From a virus (Duplodnaviria; Caudoviricetes): a stretch of DNA of 57,835 nucleotides. A program made the translations under genes and the position numbers. The stretch lies in IMG/VR virus record IMGVR_UViG_3300037462_000280, positions 1-57,835 of that record. The stretch is one strand, 5' to 3'. Under the pieces are notes generated by a model. It did no database searches. It was given only the letters and a program-made list of their open reading frames with translations, and was not told the origin of the DNA. Below are positions 25,674 to 35,164 of the stretch, piece after piece. Each line of letters begins with the position of its first letter. Positions within the stretch are counted from its first letter, which is position 1.

Positions 25674-26528
25674 ATGAATATTCAAGGCAAGCTGCACAAC
25701 GGCAAGGTAAGCGGGGGTATCGAATGGGTCAAGACCATCCACCCTGACGGTACCGAAACACAAGGCTACACATGGAACCCAGTCGGCGGGTGCAAACACG
25801 CCTGCCGCTGGGATATGCCGGATGGGAGTGTAGCGCAGTGCTACGCCGAGGAATTTGCTACCAAGTACCGCTCGCCCAAGTTCTACGCCGAGGGGTTTGA
25901 CCACCACTACTTTAACGAGAAGGCGTTGGATGAGCCGTATCGCGTCCACACGCCCGCTCGTATCTTCTTGGACAGCATGTCAGACCTAATGGGGCATTGG
26001 GTTCCAGATGAGCAAATCCAGCGCGTGCTGGAGGTTGTGCAAGACAACCCCCACCACACGTTCTTGCTACTCACGAAAAACGCCCCCCGCCTGTTGCAGT
26101 TTGAGTTCCCCGAGAACCTGTGGGTTGGCGTGTCTATGCCCCCTACCCAGATGTTTGGGAAGCCTGTGAGTGAAAACCAACGGCGCTCGTATATCATGCG
26201 CGCCTTGTCTGTCCTGTCCGATGTCCGTGCGTCTGTCCGGTGGATGTCGTTTGAACCACTGTCGTATGACGTGGTGTCGGACATGTATGCGTGGCAGATG
26301 CACCGTATCCAGACTGAAGCGCCCTCGGTGTACTTTCCGCTGGATTGGGCGGTCATCGGCGCTGCAAGTAGCGGGCGCAAAGTGTTTCAGCCCAAGCCGC
26401 ACCACGTTCGGCGCTTAGAAGAGGCGCTTGGAGAGATTAGCCCTCAGTTCCCCGTGTTCTATAAAGGCAACTTGCGAGGTAACGCCGGTATCACGGAATG
26501 GCGCGAGGAATACCCCGCGATTGGTTGA
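25674..26528 (+). CDS. DUF5131 (phage Gp37/Gp68 family) protein
   Basis: IEW, TWNPVGGC..AC...CYAE, IFLDSMSDL, LLTK, WMSFEPL, LDWAVIG. Confidence 0.88.
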   Translation: MNIQGKLHNGKVSGGIEWVKTIHPDGTETQGYTWNPVGGCKHACRWDMPDGSVAQCYAEEFATKYRSPKFYAEGFDHHYFNEKALDEPYRVHTPARIFLDSMSDLMGHWVPDEQIQRVLEVVQDNPHHTFLLLTKNAPRLLQFEFPENLWVGVSMPPTQMFGKPVSENQRRSYIMRALSVLSDVRASVRWMSFEPLSYDVVSDMYAWQMHRIQTEAPSVYFPLDWAVIGAASSGRKVFQPKPHHVRRLEEALGEISPQFPVFYKGNLRGNAGITEWREEYPAIG

Positions 26529-26552
26529 CGCGGTTGTATAGTGTGGTACAAT
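26525..26552 (+). promoter_or_regulatory. Sigma70 promoter followed by 5' hairpin 26554-26584
   Basis: TTGACG-16-TACAAT with TGn. Confidence 0.65.
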
Positions 26553-26604
26553 GCAGTGGGTGGTGAGACAGGCTTGCCACCCACTTACCTTGAGGAGGTG
26601 TGAT

Positions 26605-27027
26605 GTGAGTGAGATTAATGGGTTTGCAAGTGGTCAAGAGTTGCGTGCGTTGGCGGAAAGCTATTTGCACGACATTGCAAACGGACAAGATGCAGTGATG
26701 GTTTTTCAGTGGCGTGTACCGTTCAACGGTTCCGACCGTGCTGACTTTTTCAGCTTTAGGTCGTTAGAGATTGAGCATATTCACAACTACGAGACGGCCA
26801 AAAAAGCCATTGCTGCTGTCTGGAACGCGGTTAAGTTAGACAAAAGAATGTGGCCAAACGGGTTTGCTGATAACCCAGACCTTATGCAGATTGGGCTATT
26901 CGTTCTAGATGTGAAAGAGGAACCGCCCTGCAACTTGATTTTGATGTGCCACTGGTTTGACAAGCAATATGCCCACCTCACTGGTTTTGGCATGGGCATG
27001 GCGAACCACAATGGAGGTGCGCGATGA
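26605..27027 (+). CDS. Hypothetical protein, tandem paralog A
   Basis: RBS GAGGAGGT; shares LMQ...LILMCHW...GMGMANHNGGAR with next ORF. Confidence 0.75.
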   Translation: MSEINGFASGQELRALAESYLHDIANGQDAVMVFQWRVPFNGSDRADFFSFRSLEIEHIHNYETAKKAIAAVWNAVKLDKRMWPNGFADNPDLMQIGLFVLDVKEEPPCNLILMCHWFDKQYAHLTGFGMGMANHNGGAR

Positions 27028-27428
27028 GTGTCGATACGTTTTACCCGTTTATGAGTGCCGAAGAGTTGCGTTTCGAGGCTCTGAGTGCAAATCAGCAAGA
27101 CAAACCAAACAGAGGTTTTGTTGTGCGGCAGTGGCGCAACACTGTTAGGCATGTAACTGTAGAACGTCATGAGCTTTCAGTCGCCAACTTTGAGACAGCA
27201 GCCGGTGAAATTGCACGGTTGTCGCGCAAAGCGGTAAGAGATTCCAACTGGTTGTTGCGTCAGCAACCCACCCCCCCGCTGATGCAAATGGCGGTGTTCG
27301 TCGATGACACAGGGCTATCAGGCAACCCCTATGGCCTAATCTTGATGTGCCACTGGGTAGCGCCCGAGTATCGTCATCTTGCGGGCTACGGCATGGGTAT
27401 GGCGAACCACAACGGCGGTGCGCGATGA
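27024..27428 (+). CDS. Hypothetical protein, tandem paralog B
   Basis: Same C-terminus as paralog A. Confidence 0.75.
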   Translation: MSVDTFYPFMSAEELRFEALSANQQDKPNRGFVVRQWRNTVRHVTVERHELSVANFETAAGEIARLSRKAVRDSNWLLRQQPTPPLMQMAVFVDDTGLSGNPYGLILMCHWVAPEYRHLAGYGMGMANHNGGAR

Positions 27429-28405
27429 GTGTCGATTACGGTGAAATTGAGGCACGCTATAATAGCGCTTACACCGCTTTCCGTAGCACCTACACGACAC
27501 AGCACCCACAACCTACCGCGCAACAATTCGCACGGCGCAACATCCGCAACAACAAAAGCTTGCGCCGGTTCCTGATTGCGCTGGTCATCGCGTCCATCAT
27601 CGTCTCGGGCAGTCACACCATCCCAACGTTTGCTGAAAGCCTCCCAGATAACTGGGGGTTCTTGCGCGTCGTCGTCGGCCTTGCCGCGTTTGCAATGGTT
27701 GAACTCGGGGTCATCCTGTACGCCTATCAGCGCGTTGAGAAGTCATACCAAGAGAACGCCAACTATGCCCATACCATTAAGCACCTGATGGGTATCGGGA
27801 TGGGGCTGGGATTGGTCGTCGCGCTGGGCGCAAACCTGTACAGTAGTCTGAAGCCGATTTTTGCTGATGCTACTGAAACCTCGGCAGCCGGTTGGGATGT
27901 TGTCCAACTCATCGTCTTTATCCTTGTCGGTATCAGTGCCCCTATCCTTGCGTTCATCGCTGGTGAGGTGTTTGGGATGCTTGATGTCGAGGAACGGCAA
28001 GCCCGCGCTAAGACCATCGAGGACTACGAAAACGCGCTTCTGGCTTGGGAGGAGGGGTTGCGTGTAGCGTGGGGTGAGGCTGAAAACCAGTGGGGTGCGC
28101 GTGTAAAGCTGAAAGTTGAGCGCCCGTCCGCTGTCCGTCTGTCCGATACGTCTGTCCGTTTGTCCGATACAGGCAGACAAACGGACAATGTATCGGACAA
28201 GCAATCGGACAGACACGGACACGGGGTCGGCTACACCCGCCGCCACAACGCGATGCAGATGGTCATTGACCACCTGAATGCCCAGCCTGAAGCCGCTACT
28301 CTGACCGCACGTCAACTTGCCGAGGTTGTGGGGGTAGCGCCTGATACGGCCAACAAGGGCAAAAGGGCATGGCAACAGGCACAACAGGGGGCAACCAATG
28401 AGTAA
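27425..28405 (+). CDS. Multi-pass membrane protein with C-terminal HTH
   Basis: About four TM segments; TARQLAEVVGVAPDTA. Confidence 0.75.
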   Translation: MSVDYGEIEARYNSAYTAFRSTYTTQHPQPTAQQFARRNIRNNKSLRRFLIALVIASIIVSGSHTIPTFAESLPDNWGFLRVVVGLAAFAMVELGVILYAYQRVEKSYQENANYAHTIKHLMGIGMGLGLVVALGANLYSSLKPIFADATETSAAGWDVVQLIVFILVGISAPILAFIAGEVFGMLDVEERQARAKTIEDYENALLAWEEGLRVAWGEAENQWGARVKLKVERPSAVRLSDTSVRLSDTGRQTDNVSDKQSDRHGHGVGYTRRHNAMQMVIDHLNAQPEAATLTARQLAEVVGVAPDTANKGKRAWQQAQQGATNE

Positions 28406-28919
28406 GACGGTTTACGCAATCGAGTTTGAAGGTGGGTCACAGCACCCGCATCGCCCTGCCCCCAAGTTTGTTTGCAGCACGCTTGACCACGCGATTGAGA
28501 TTGCCAAGCTCCAATGCGTGTTTGAAGGTGAAGCGCCTCGACCCGTGAGGCACATGAAAGACGGTAGCTACTACTACACGATTGGGGATGTGGCTATTTG
28601 GGAAGTGCAGCTTGACCCGCACCCGATTGAAGCGGTCAACTCTATAAAGCTACACCGCCGCTGGAACCGCTGGTTTTCTTGGAGTGTCCATTACTGTCTG
28701 CCGGACGCCCAAAATGCGTTCGTCGCACAGACAGACGGTAGAGAATACCGGACGCCTGAACGCGCCAAGCAAGCAGGTATGGATTACCTGTTTCACTTAG
28801 CAGTGACGGCGTGCCTTGAAAGTAACTCGCAATACCGCGTTAAATCAACCTACGACGGCTTTGAGCTAGACCCGTCGTATACAAGCTCGACCGATGAAAA
28901 CACTGGAGGTGGTGAATGA
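28398..28919 (+). CDS. Hypothetical protein
   Basis: Coupled operon ORF. Confidence 0.7.
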   Translation: MSKTVYAIEFEGGSQHPHRPAPKFVCSTLDHAIEIAKLQCVFEGEAPRPVRHMKDGSYYYTIGDVAIWEVQLDPHPIEAVNSIKLHRRWNRWFSWSVHYCLPDAQNAFVAQTDGREYRTPERAKQAGMDYLFHLAVTACLESNSQYRVKSTYDGFELDPSYTSSTDENTGGGE

Positions 28920-29458
28920 ACGTTTGGCAATTGACGATGAGTGGTCTTGATGACAACAATGAGCTTGATGTCCGCTTGTGGTTGTTTTGGCGGGTTCAAG
29001 ATGCAACCGAGTTCATGAAAACGCATGAAATTTTGAAGGCCACTGAGTTTACGCACGTTGGCTCTGAGATGTATGTGGGGACTGTCGGGAACGTTAATGT
29101 CACACTGTTGACTGAGGAAATTCTTGGTGGAGATGAGCTTGTTCAGTTGCGCGCCGAAATCGAACGCTTGCAAGCCGAGAACGCTACACTGCGTGCTGAG
29201 CGTGACGCCCGCTCTGCCCGACCGACAGAGTGGGTTTTGAAGTACCGCATTGAACAAATAAACGACACCGAAGAAGCGTCGTGGCAAACTGAGGTGTTTG
29301 ACACCATAGACGCAGCCGTGTTCTGGGCGAATTTTAATCACCAGTTGCGTTTCGTTCCACTTGCTAAGTGGACTGATGAGGTTTACGGTGGCAGGACGAT
29401 AGCACATGATGGCACGGTCATTACTGTGCGTATTCAAGGCAAGGGAGAACAAAGATGA
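28916..29458 (+). CDS. Hypothetical protein with short coiled coil
   Basis: RBS GGAGGT; LRAEIERLQAENATLRAE. Confidence 0.7.
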   Translation: MNVWQLTMSGLDDNNELDVRLWLFWRVQDATEFMKTHEILKATEFTHVGSEMYVGTVGNVNVTLLTEEILGGDELVQLRAEIERLQAENATLRAERDARSARPTEWVLKYRIEQINDTEEASWQTEVFDTIDAAVFWANFNHQLRFVPLAKWTDEVYGGRTIAHDGTVITVRIQGKGEQR

Positions 29459-29802
29459 AGACTGTCTGGGAACTGATTTACACTACCGATTACGTCGGCT
29501 TGCCCGACTATTTCATGTCGCAACCCAAGACGTTCGATACGCCTGAGCAGGCACGGGATTGGGTATACAATCACCCCATCCTGCGATACACGATGTTATT
29601 CCTGCATGACGACGGCGCGTACTACGGGCGTTCGTTGCACGGGCAAATGAACGTCAGCCTTGTCATCCGGCGCAAGTTCCTTGAGGTCACGCCTGAACAA
29701 GCTGAGATTTACGAGGAACCTAAGGGTACGCCGGTGCGCGGTCGGATTGTCCGCAGCGAGGTTGCAGGTGAGGGCGTCATTGAAGACGGAGATGGGCAAT
29801 GA
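29455..29802 (+). CDS. Hypothetical protein
   Basis: ATGA coupling. Confidence 0.7.
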   Translation: MKTVWELIYTTDYVGLPDYFMSQPKTFDTPEQARDWVYNHPILRYTMLFLHDDGAYYGRSLHGQMNVSLVIRRKFLEVTPEQAEIYEEPKGTPVRGRIVRSEVAGEGVIEDGDGQ

Positions 29803-30209
29803 GCGATTGCACAACAGACCGCAAAGCACGCGAAGAAACGGCATGTCAAAATGCCCTTTCACATGTCATCGACATTGATAAAAAGGCTTACCCGCTTACT
29901 CGTTCGGAGGCTATCGCAATTCTTCACCACAACTCAGATGCTAAAAACTTTGAAGTGTTGGAGTTCCCAAAAACTCAACGCAGGATAGTCCGACTTGTGT
30001 TACTGCCGGAAGAGGGAGAAAAAACCCACGTTGGTTTTGACGCAAAAACAGGGGTTTACAGCGAATATGCTCTCGCAAGCATATTCGCATGGTATGGCGC
30101 GCTTCTTTGGATGGGAGATGGTTGTGCGTGTGTTTTCAACGGATTTGAACTCATCTTGACCAATGACAGCGGAGAACGGTTTTGGTTAAAGTTAGGTAAA
30201 TGCCTATGA
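29799..30209 (+). CDS. Hypothetical protein
   Basis: ATGA coupling. Confidence 0.65.
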   Translation: MSDCTTDRKAREETACQNALSHVIDIDKKAYPLTRSEAIAILHHNSDAKNFEVLEFPKTQRRIVRLVLLPEEGEKTHVGFDAKTGVYSEYALASIFAWYGALLWMGDGCACVFNGFELILTNDSGERFWLKLGKCL

Positions 30210-30337
30210 GTGGCTCTGAGCGCTACCCCCACCCCGTCTTATTCGCCCTGCTGTTGGCCGCCCTGCTGGCCACCTGCGCCCTGTTGACCGTCGCTATCGC
30301 CCACCTGCCGCGTGCGGGTGGGCAACTAGGAGCCTGA
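30206..30337 (+). CDS. Small membrane peptide (43 aa)
   Basis: ATGA coupling; hydrophobic LFALLLAALLATCALLTVAI. Confidence 0.55.
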   Translation: MSGSERYPHPVLFALLLAALLATCALLTVAIAHLPRAGGQLGA

Positions 30338-30339
30338 TT

Positions 30340-30492
30340 GTGAATGACGAAAACATCGCAACCATCCTGATGTTGTGTGTGTGGGTGCTGATTGTCGTGG
30401 TGGTTTTAATTACCCCGATGCAACCCGACCCGCGCCCGACTGCGGTTGAGGTTCAAGTACTGCCCTGCACGACGCCCGAGATTGGAGGTTAA
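30340..30492 (+). CDS. Small membrane peptide (50 aa)
   Basis: RBS AGGAG; ILMLCVWVLIVVVV. Confidence 0.55.
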   Translation: MNDENIATILMLCVWVLIVVVVLITPMQPDPRPTAVEVQVLPCTTPEIGG

Positions 30493-30494
30493 TC

Positions 30495-30761
30495 GTGAAT
30501 GACGCGCTCATCTATATCATCACCACCAGTCACCCTGTGTATGGCGTAGAATCGTTAGGGTTTGCGTTTGCGCTTGAAGATGCCAAGTCCATCGTACACG
30601 CCAGCCTCAATAGCTTGTCTCACTTAGGGTTTCCCGAGGCGCTATGCAATTGGCATCAGACGGGCAAATTGCAATGGTCGGGAGACACGCCCGAAGCGCT
30701 TTACGTCATTCAAGCCTTTGCCTTTACTGGCTATCCCGTGCAATTGCCGATTGGAGGTTGA
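30495..30761 (+). CDS. Hypothetical protein
   Basis: RBS GGAGGT. Confidence 0.7.
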   Translation: MNDALIYIITTSHPVYGVESLGFAFALEDAKSIVHASLNSLSHLGFPEALCNWHQTGKLQWSGDTPEALYVIQAFAFTGYPVQLPIGG

Positions 30762-30763
30762 CC

Positions 30764-30853
30764 GTGGATGACAACACCGCAATTCTGCTCATGCTCTGCA
30801 TGTGGCTACTGCTTATCGTCTGGATGTACTATGAAGCGGGGAGGAAACAATGA
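30764..30853 (+). CDS. Small membrane peptide (29 aa), paralog of 30340
   Basis: RBS GGAGGT; DDNTAILLMLCMWLLLIV. Confidence 0.55.
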   Translation: MDDNTAILLMLCMWLLLIVWMYYEAGRKQ

Positions 30854-31524
30854 CCTCAGAATGCACACATTTGCGCGACAATGAGTTAGGCAATGCGGTA
30901 CGAGAGGCATACGACTTGTATCTGCACCACCGTCAGGGCGTCAACGGGAAAGGTATTCAAATCGGGCATTGGGTCGTAGAAAGGACATCCTACCTCAGCT
31001 ATCACATCTACTACAACAACGCACTTGTCGGTATCTTGGAATTAGGGGAGACCGACAAGCTTTGGTCATTCGATGATGACCCACATAACTCTGTGGTAGC
31101 AGACCGGTTCAATAACCGTTTTGGCAAAATCGCAAGCATCATGTATCAGTGGGTCTGGGAAGGCCGCAAGCACCCATACGATATTTTGCTGTGGGGGTTG
31201 GACAGCCAGCACGCGCTGATTGTTAAGCACCTTGAGGCGCACCCCACGTCTCTCAAAGACATCCCAGCCAACACGATGTCGAGTTACGTCAATCTCCAGC
31301 ACCGCGTCAAGTCTTTCGATGTGACCTTAAGAAATAGCGGTCGGGCGGTGTCTTTCACGGCGAACTACCACAGCGGTGATTGCGCCGATGTGTGGTATTG
31401 CAACGGCAATCACATGATGCACCAACCGGAAGACAATAACTTAGGCGGTGCCCTCAACGGGTGGCGCTTACTTGCTTGGGCAGCCAGCCATGTCATGAAA
31501 ACACAAGTCTCTGGAGGGGAATAA
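30850..31524 (+). CDS. Hypothetical protein
   Basis: RBS GGGAGG. Confidence 0.7.
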   Translation: MTSECTHLRDNELGNAVREAYDLYLHHRQGVNGKGIQIGHWVVERTSYLSYHIYYNNALVGILELGETDKLWSFDDDPHNSVVADRFNNRFGKIASIMYQWVWEGRKHPYDILLWGLDSQHALIVKHLEAHPTSLKDIPANTMSSYVNLQHRVKSFDVTLRNSGRAVSFTANYHSGDCADVWYCNGNHMMHQPEDNNLGGALNGWRLLAWAASHVMKTQVSGGE

Positions 31525-31526
31525 CC

Positions 31527-31745
31527 ATGAAACCACCAAAACTGCAACCCATCGAACGCTATTGGGTCATCCACACCACTTGGACGGGTGCTGAGCGCCT
31601 CGGAACGGCCATGCGCCGTGATGACAAGCAACATGTTGTCGAGGTCAAGTTCCCCGACGAAACGATGGTCTTGCCTGAAACTTCCTTGCGCCGTGTCGAT
31701 TTGCAGGGCGTCTTGGAATACATGGAACGTCAGGGGGTGGAATAG
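31527..31745 (+). CDS. Small hypothetical protein
   Basis: RBS GGAGGGG. Confidence 0.65.
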   Translation: MKPPKLQPIERYWVIHTTWTGAERLGTAMRRDDKQHVVEVKFPDETMVLPETSLRRVDLQGVLEYMERQGVE

Positions 31746-31951
31746 TGGAAAGCCCTGCCCCGATTGTTATCATCACCCAGACACGCGCCGAAAACCTCAC
31801 GCGCACCATTGAGGTTAGGCAAGTTGTTGACGGACGTGATATTGTATGGATGTCGTACACCAACATCGAGGGGCTTGAGAACTACCGCATCCCACCACTG
31901 CTATCACCGCTTTTAACCCTTACCCTAACCCAACCAAAGGAGCAATCATGA
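31745..31951 (+). CDS. Small hypothetical protein
   Basis: Fills the operon gap. Confidence 0.55.
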   Translation: MESPAPIVIITQTRAENLTRTIEVRQVVDGRDIVWMSYTNIEGLENYRIPPLLSPLLTLTLTQPKEQS

Positions 31952-32520
31952 CCACAGTTATCGGCATTAAGACCCCCAACGGTGTTCTCATCGGCGCAGA
32001 TAGTCAAATCACTGCTTGGAACCAGCGCCAAGAGCAACAGTCCAAATTTGCCAAGATTGTCGAGTTGAAGTCTGACCGCCACCCGCACATCTTGTTCGGC
32101 GTGTGCGGGAACGCCGCAATCAACCTCATCCTGAGCTACCGCCTAAAGCTGCATGAGCCGTACCGCAATCAGGGCGCGCTGGCGTATGCTTGCACCCATG
32201 TGTTTGACGCCATTACCGCCGCGTGTGGGGAAGCGCAGTTATCCCGCACGGAAGTCTTCTCGGGCGACATCCTGATGGCAGTCGATAATGAGTTGCTGTT
32301 GATGTCCGAGAGTGGCTTTGTGGCGATGCAGCGCGATATTTGCGCGGTGGGTTCAGGCGCGCAGTTTGCAATCGGCGCAATGGAAGCGGCCAAGATAATG
32401 CGCCCGACCATCAGCCCGTTTGAGTTGGCCGAAACGGGCTTAACCGTCGCTACCAAGCATGACGTGTATACGGCGCGCCCGTTTATTTTCAAGACGCAAG
32501 GGGTCGTCTCTCGTGAGTGA
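31948..32520 (+). CDS. Ntn-hydrolase, HslV/proteasome-beta-like protease
   Basis: N-terminal MTTVIG, GADSQ, K, AVGSGAQFAIGA, D.YT. Confidence 0.82.
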   Translation: MTTVIGIKTPNGVLIGADSQITAWNQRQEQQSKFAKIVELKSDRHPHILFGVCGNAAINLILSYRLKLHEPYRNQGALAYACTHVFDAITAACGEAQLSRTEVFSGDILMAVDNELLLMSESGFVAMQRDICAVGSGAQFAIGAMEAAKIMRPTISPFELAETGLTVATKHDVYTARPFIFKTQGVVSRE

Positions 32521-32719
32521 TTACCTGTACGTGCCAGTGTTTGCCTATCTGCTCGGGCAGAAGGTCTACCGCCTTGACGGGACAGAGGCAATCATCACTC
32601 ACAGAGAACTTGCACCGTCTGGGCGCTACCGCTACCGCCTCGACAACGAACCGGCTTGGTATTACGAACACGACATTCTAGGGGGGACGTATGTCACGGG
32701 ACAGCCTACAGCGGATTGA
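32513..32719 (+). CDS. Small hypothetical protein
   Basis: GTG 32513; operon position. Confidence 0.6.
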   Translation: MSDYLYVPVFAYLLGQKVYRLDGTEAIITHRELAPSGRYRYRLDNEPAWYYEHDILGGTYVTGQPTAD

Positions 32720-33428
32720 GCGTATCGTCCCCAACAACCTTCAGCCTACCGAGGAAAGCCTCAAGGCAATCGCCAAAGAGTTCAAGCGCCTTGCCACGGT
32801 CGGGCAGAGTGAAAGCGTTGTGCTGGGGGAAGTCATCAATCGAGTACTGAGCGCGTTCAAGTTTGACCGGCACAAGCACAACCCGTTTGGGCGCAAGTTC
32901 AAGGTCTCTGAGGTGCTTGCAAAACTGTCAGAGTACAGCGGCTACTCGTCAAACACCTTGCGTAAGTATGGGCAGTTGGTCAAGTTCTATGGGGGTGCTG
33001 AAGCGATGTTGCGCCTGATGAGCCAGTACCCATCGTTGGGGATTGAACACTTCACCCTCGCAAAAGCAGGGCGCAAGATGTCGGAAGCACTCCAAACGCT
33101 TGACCGCTACCGCGAAAACAACTGGACAGTCGATGACGCCAAAGCCTTTAACCTCATTGAAGAGCGCTCATCGACAAGATACCTGCGGCGCAAGCGGCGC
33201 ATTCGGCACGGGTACATAAGAAACGTGACAGGCAACACGTTTGTGTTTGAGTTGTCCGAGGGGCAAGACGATGAAAGTGTACAGGCCGCACTAAGAGAGT
33301 GGTTTCTGTCGCACACTCAACTGAGCATCTTCATTGAGCAGTATGGGTCTGATAGACCGCTGGGGGGGTGGGACAACCACCCGCTGGTCATTCAGATGCA
33401 AGACACCGACGAACCAGACGCCCCGTAA
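32691..33428 (+). CDS. HTH-containing protein
   Basis: VVLGEV...LAKLSEYSGYSSNTLRKYGQLVKFY. Confidence 0.7.
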   Translation: MSRDSLQRIERIVPNNLQPTEESLKAIAKEFKRLATVGQSESVVLGEVINRVLSAFKFDRHKHNPFGRKFKVSEVLAKLSEYSGYSSNTLRKYGQLVKFYGGAEAMLRLMSQYPSLGIEHFTLAKAGRKMSEALQTLDRYRENNWTVDDAKAFNLIEERSSTRYLRRKRRIRHGYIRNVTGNTFVFELSEGQDDESVQAALREWFLSHTQLSIFIEQYGSDRPLGGWDNHPLVIQMQDTDEPDAP

Positions 33429-33435
33429 ACGCACA

Positions 33436-33466
33436 GAACGCCCCATTACGGGGCGTTCTCGTTTTA
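33436..33466. terminator. Terminator between the converging early and late arms
   Basis: AGAACGCCCC-ATTAC-GGGGCGTTCT then CGTTTT. Confidence 0.75.
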
Positions 33467-33522
33467 TAGCTATGTTCGGGCGTATCAGGGCAAACAGCCC
33501 GCACAACCTGCCCGTGTCGCGC

Positions 33523-34218
33523 TTACCACATCAGAGTGTCGGCAAGCGCCTGTGCTTGCGCGAGGGTCAGGGGGTTGGGCAAGGCGGCGAACGCGCCAAG
33601 AATTACGGGTTCAGTACTCGCTGCTCCAACAAAGATGGTAGGTGTCACGCCGTTGGCGTTCCCCCCAAAAACGTTTGTAGCGATTGCGCGTTGTGTAACC
33701 GTACCGCTTGTAGCATTGGTGGCCATCAGTACATTAGCCAATTGACCTGTTGCAACGTTTGCTACGATAAGATGCCAATTGTTGGCGAGTATCGTGCTGC
33801 TTGGGGTTGAGCAGGAGCCTGAACCAACAAAATCCGTAATGCTGAGGACGTTAGTCTGCACCCGAACTCTCATTTCAAGGTTCGATGGGGTGTACAGAGT
33901 AGCGGTTGGGCGTTGGCTACCGTATCGGATTAGATAAACCAAACTACCAATAGCGCCGCCCATAGCTGTGTAGTTAAACTGTGCGCCATTTGGGTCAGAA
34001 ATCCCCGCGTTTGGGTCATTGAGGCTCCCCACCTGATAGGTCGGCGTCCCGACCGGCGTGGCCGCCGCTGTGTTTGACCCACTGTTGGCAAAATTACCCG
34101 ACGCCTCGTCCAGCTTGAACCAGTCGATGGGGCTGTAGCTGGTCATCACGCTATTCCACGTTGCCGCGCTACCTCCTACCGCAAACGGCGGGCTAACCAG
34201 TCTTGGGCGCAAACTCAT
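33523..34218 (-). CDS. LamG/concanavalin A-like beta-sandwich virion protein
   Basis: PIDWFKLDEASG, NNWHLIV, LTLAQAQAL. Confidence 0.6.
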   Translation of the reverse strand: MSLRPRLVSPPFAVGGSAATWNSVMTSYSPIDWFKLDEASGNFANSGSNTAAATPVGTPTYQVGSLNDPNAGISDPNGAQFNYTAMGGAIGSLVYLIRYGSQRPTATLYTPSNLEMRVRVQTNVLSITDFVGSGSCSTPSSTILANNWHLIVANVATGQLANVLMATNATSGTVTQRAIATNVFGGNANGVTPTIFVGAASTEPVILGAFAALPNPLTLAQAQALADTLMW

Positions 34219-34607
34219 GACGCACCCCCAGCCTTAGGCTCATCCGGCTTGTTCACTGCCTCGCGAATGTCGCGAATCGCCTTATCATCCACGGGCGTCG
34301 GGGTAAGGCGCGCTCCCACCGCTGCAAAATCCAGCACGATGTTCAGCAAGCGCGCACGCTCAGCCTTATCGGCGCGATTGGTAATCAACAGGTTGCTGAC
34401 AAGCCCAATCGCAACCAACGATAACACCACCACAAATACCTCATACGTGCTAATGTCACGCTCAACGTCCTCGGTAGCGGGTTCATCCTGAACCACAACC
34501 AGTTCAGGGGTCGGGACGGGTTCTGTCGGGGTGACGGGTTGCGAGAAAATTTGCACGGTCAGCAAGCCTAAACACGCTGACAGCACGAATACCTTGATAG
34601 CTTTCAT
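34215..34607 (-). CDS. Membrane protein, holin-like
   Basis: Signal/TM helices; TPTPVDD motif. Confidence 0.55.
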   Translation of the reverse strand: MKAIKVFVLSACLGLLTVQIFSQPVTPTEPVPTPELVVVQDEPATEDVERDISTYEVFVVVLSLVAIGLVSNLLITNRADKAERARLLNIVLDFAAVGARLTPTPVDDKAIRDIREAVNKPDEPKAGGAS

Positions 34608-35164
34608 TGGGGGTTCCCTTCTTCTGCCTGTGCAGAATTAAATGTCACCACCGCTTTTGCGATGGTGTCAACCGCGTCGGGTTGCAAGATAGGTGCGGCA
34701 CTCAACTCTGCCAGCTTGCGCTCTACCGCTTCAATGCGCTTTTGCATATCTGCAATCGCTTGTGCAAGCGCCAACTGGCGCGTTGCGGAATCTGTACCAG
34801 TAATGGCCACGAGGTCTACCTTGTCGCTGAGTTTGACTAACACTTCCGATAATTGGTCGGCGCGCTTGTTACTTCTGTCCCCTTCTGCTACGACGTACTT
34901 CCACACACTCTGGGTAACGTCCAACAATGTCGATACCACCTGCCCAATCTCCTTCTGGGTTTTGGTAATCTCTGCCTGCCGATTGGTTGTGTTGTCAATC
35001 AGCCCGATGAGCCTCTCGGTAGTTTGCAACCATTGAGGTGTCGCGTCAACGCTAGGCTTAGGCATTTGCGCCATACTACTACGAAACACCTGATACGCAA
35101 ACCACAGCAAAACGCCCGCGCCACCCGTAATCCCTACCGTCTCAAAAATTTGCTCAAGGGTCAT
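34604..35164 (-). CDS. Single-TM coiled-coil protein, putative lysis protein
   Basis: N-terminal TM then coiled coil; follows tail genes. Confidence 0.5.
   Translation of the reverse strand: MTLEQIFETVGITGGAGVLLWFAYQVFRSSMAQMPKPSVDATPQWLQTTERLIGLIDNTTNRQAEITKTQKEIGQVVSTLLDVTQSVWKYVVAEGDRSNKRADQLSEVLVKLSDKVDLVAITGTDSATRQLALAQAIADMQKRIEAVERKLAELSAAPILQPDAVDTIAKAVVTFNSAQAEEGNPQ

Noticed and set aside
19894-33022. Other CTGATGA motifs as hammerheads
   Set aside because: They lie inside CDSs without the matching stems and GAAA
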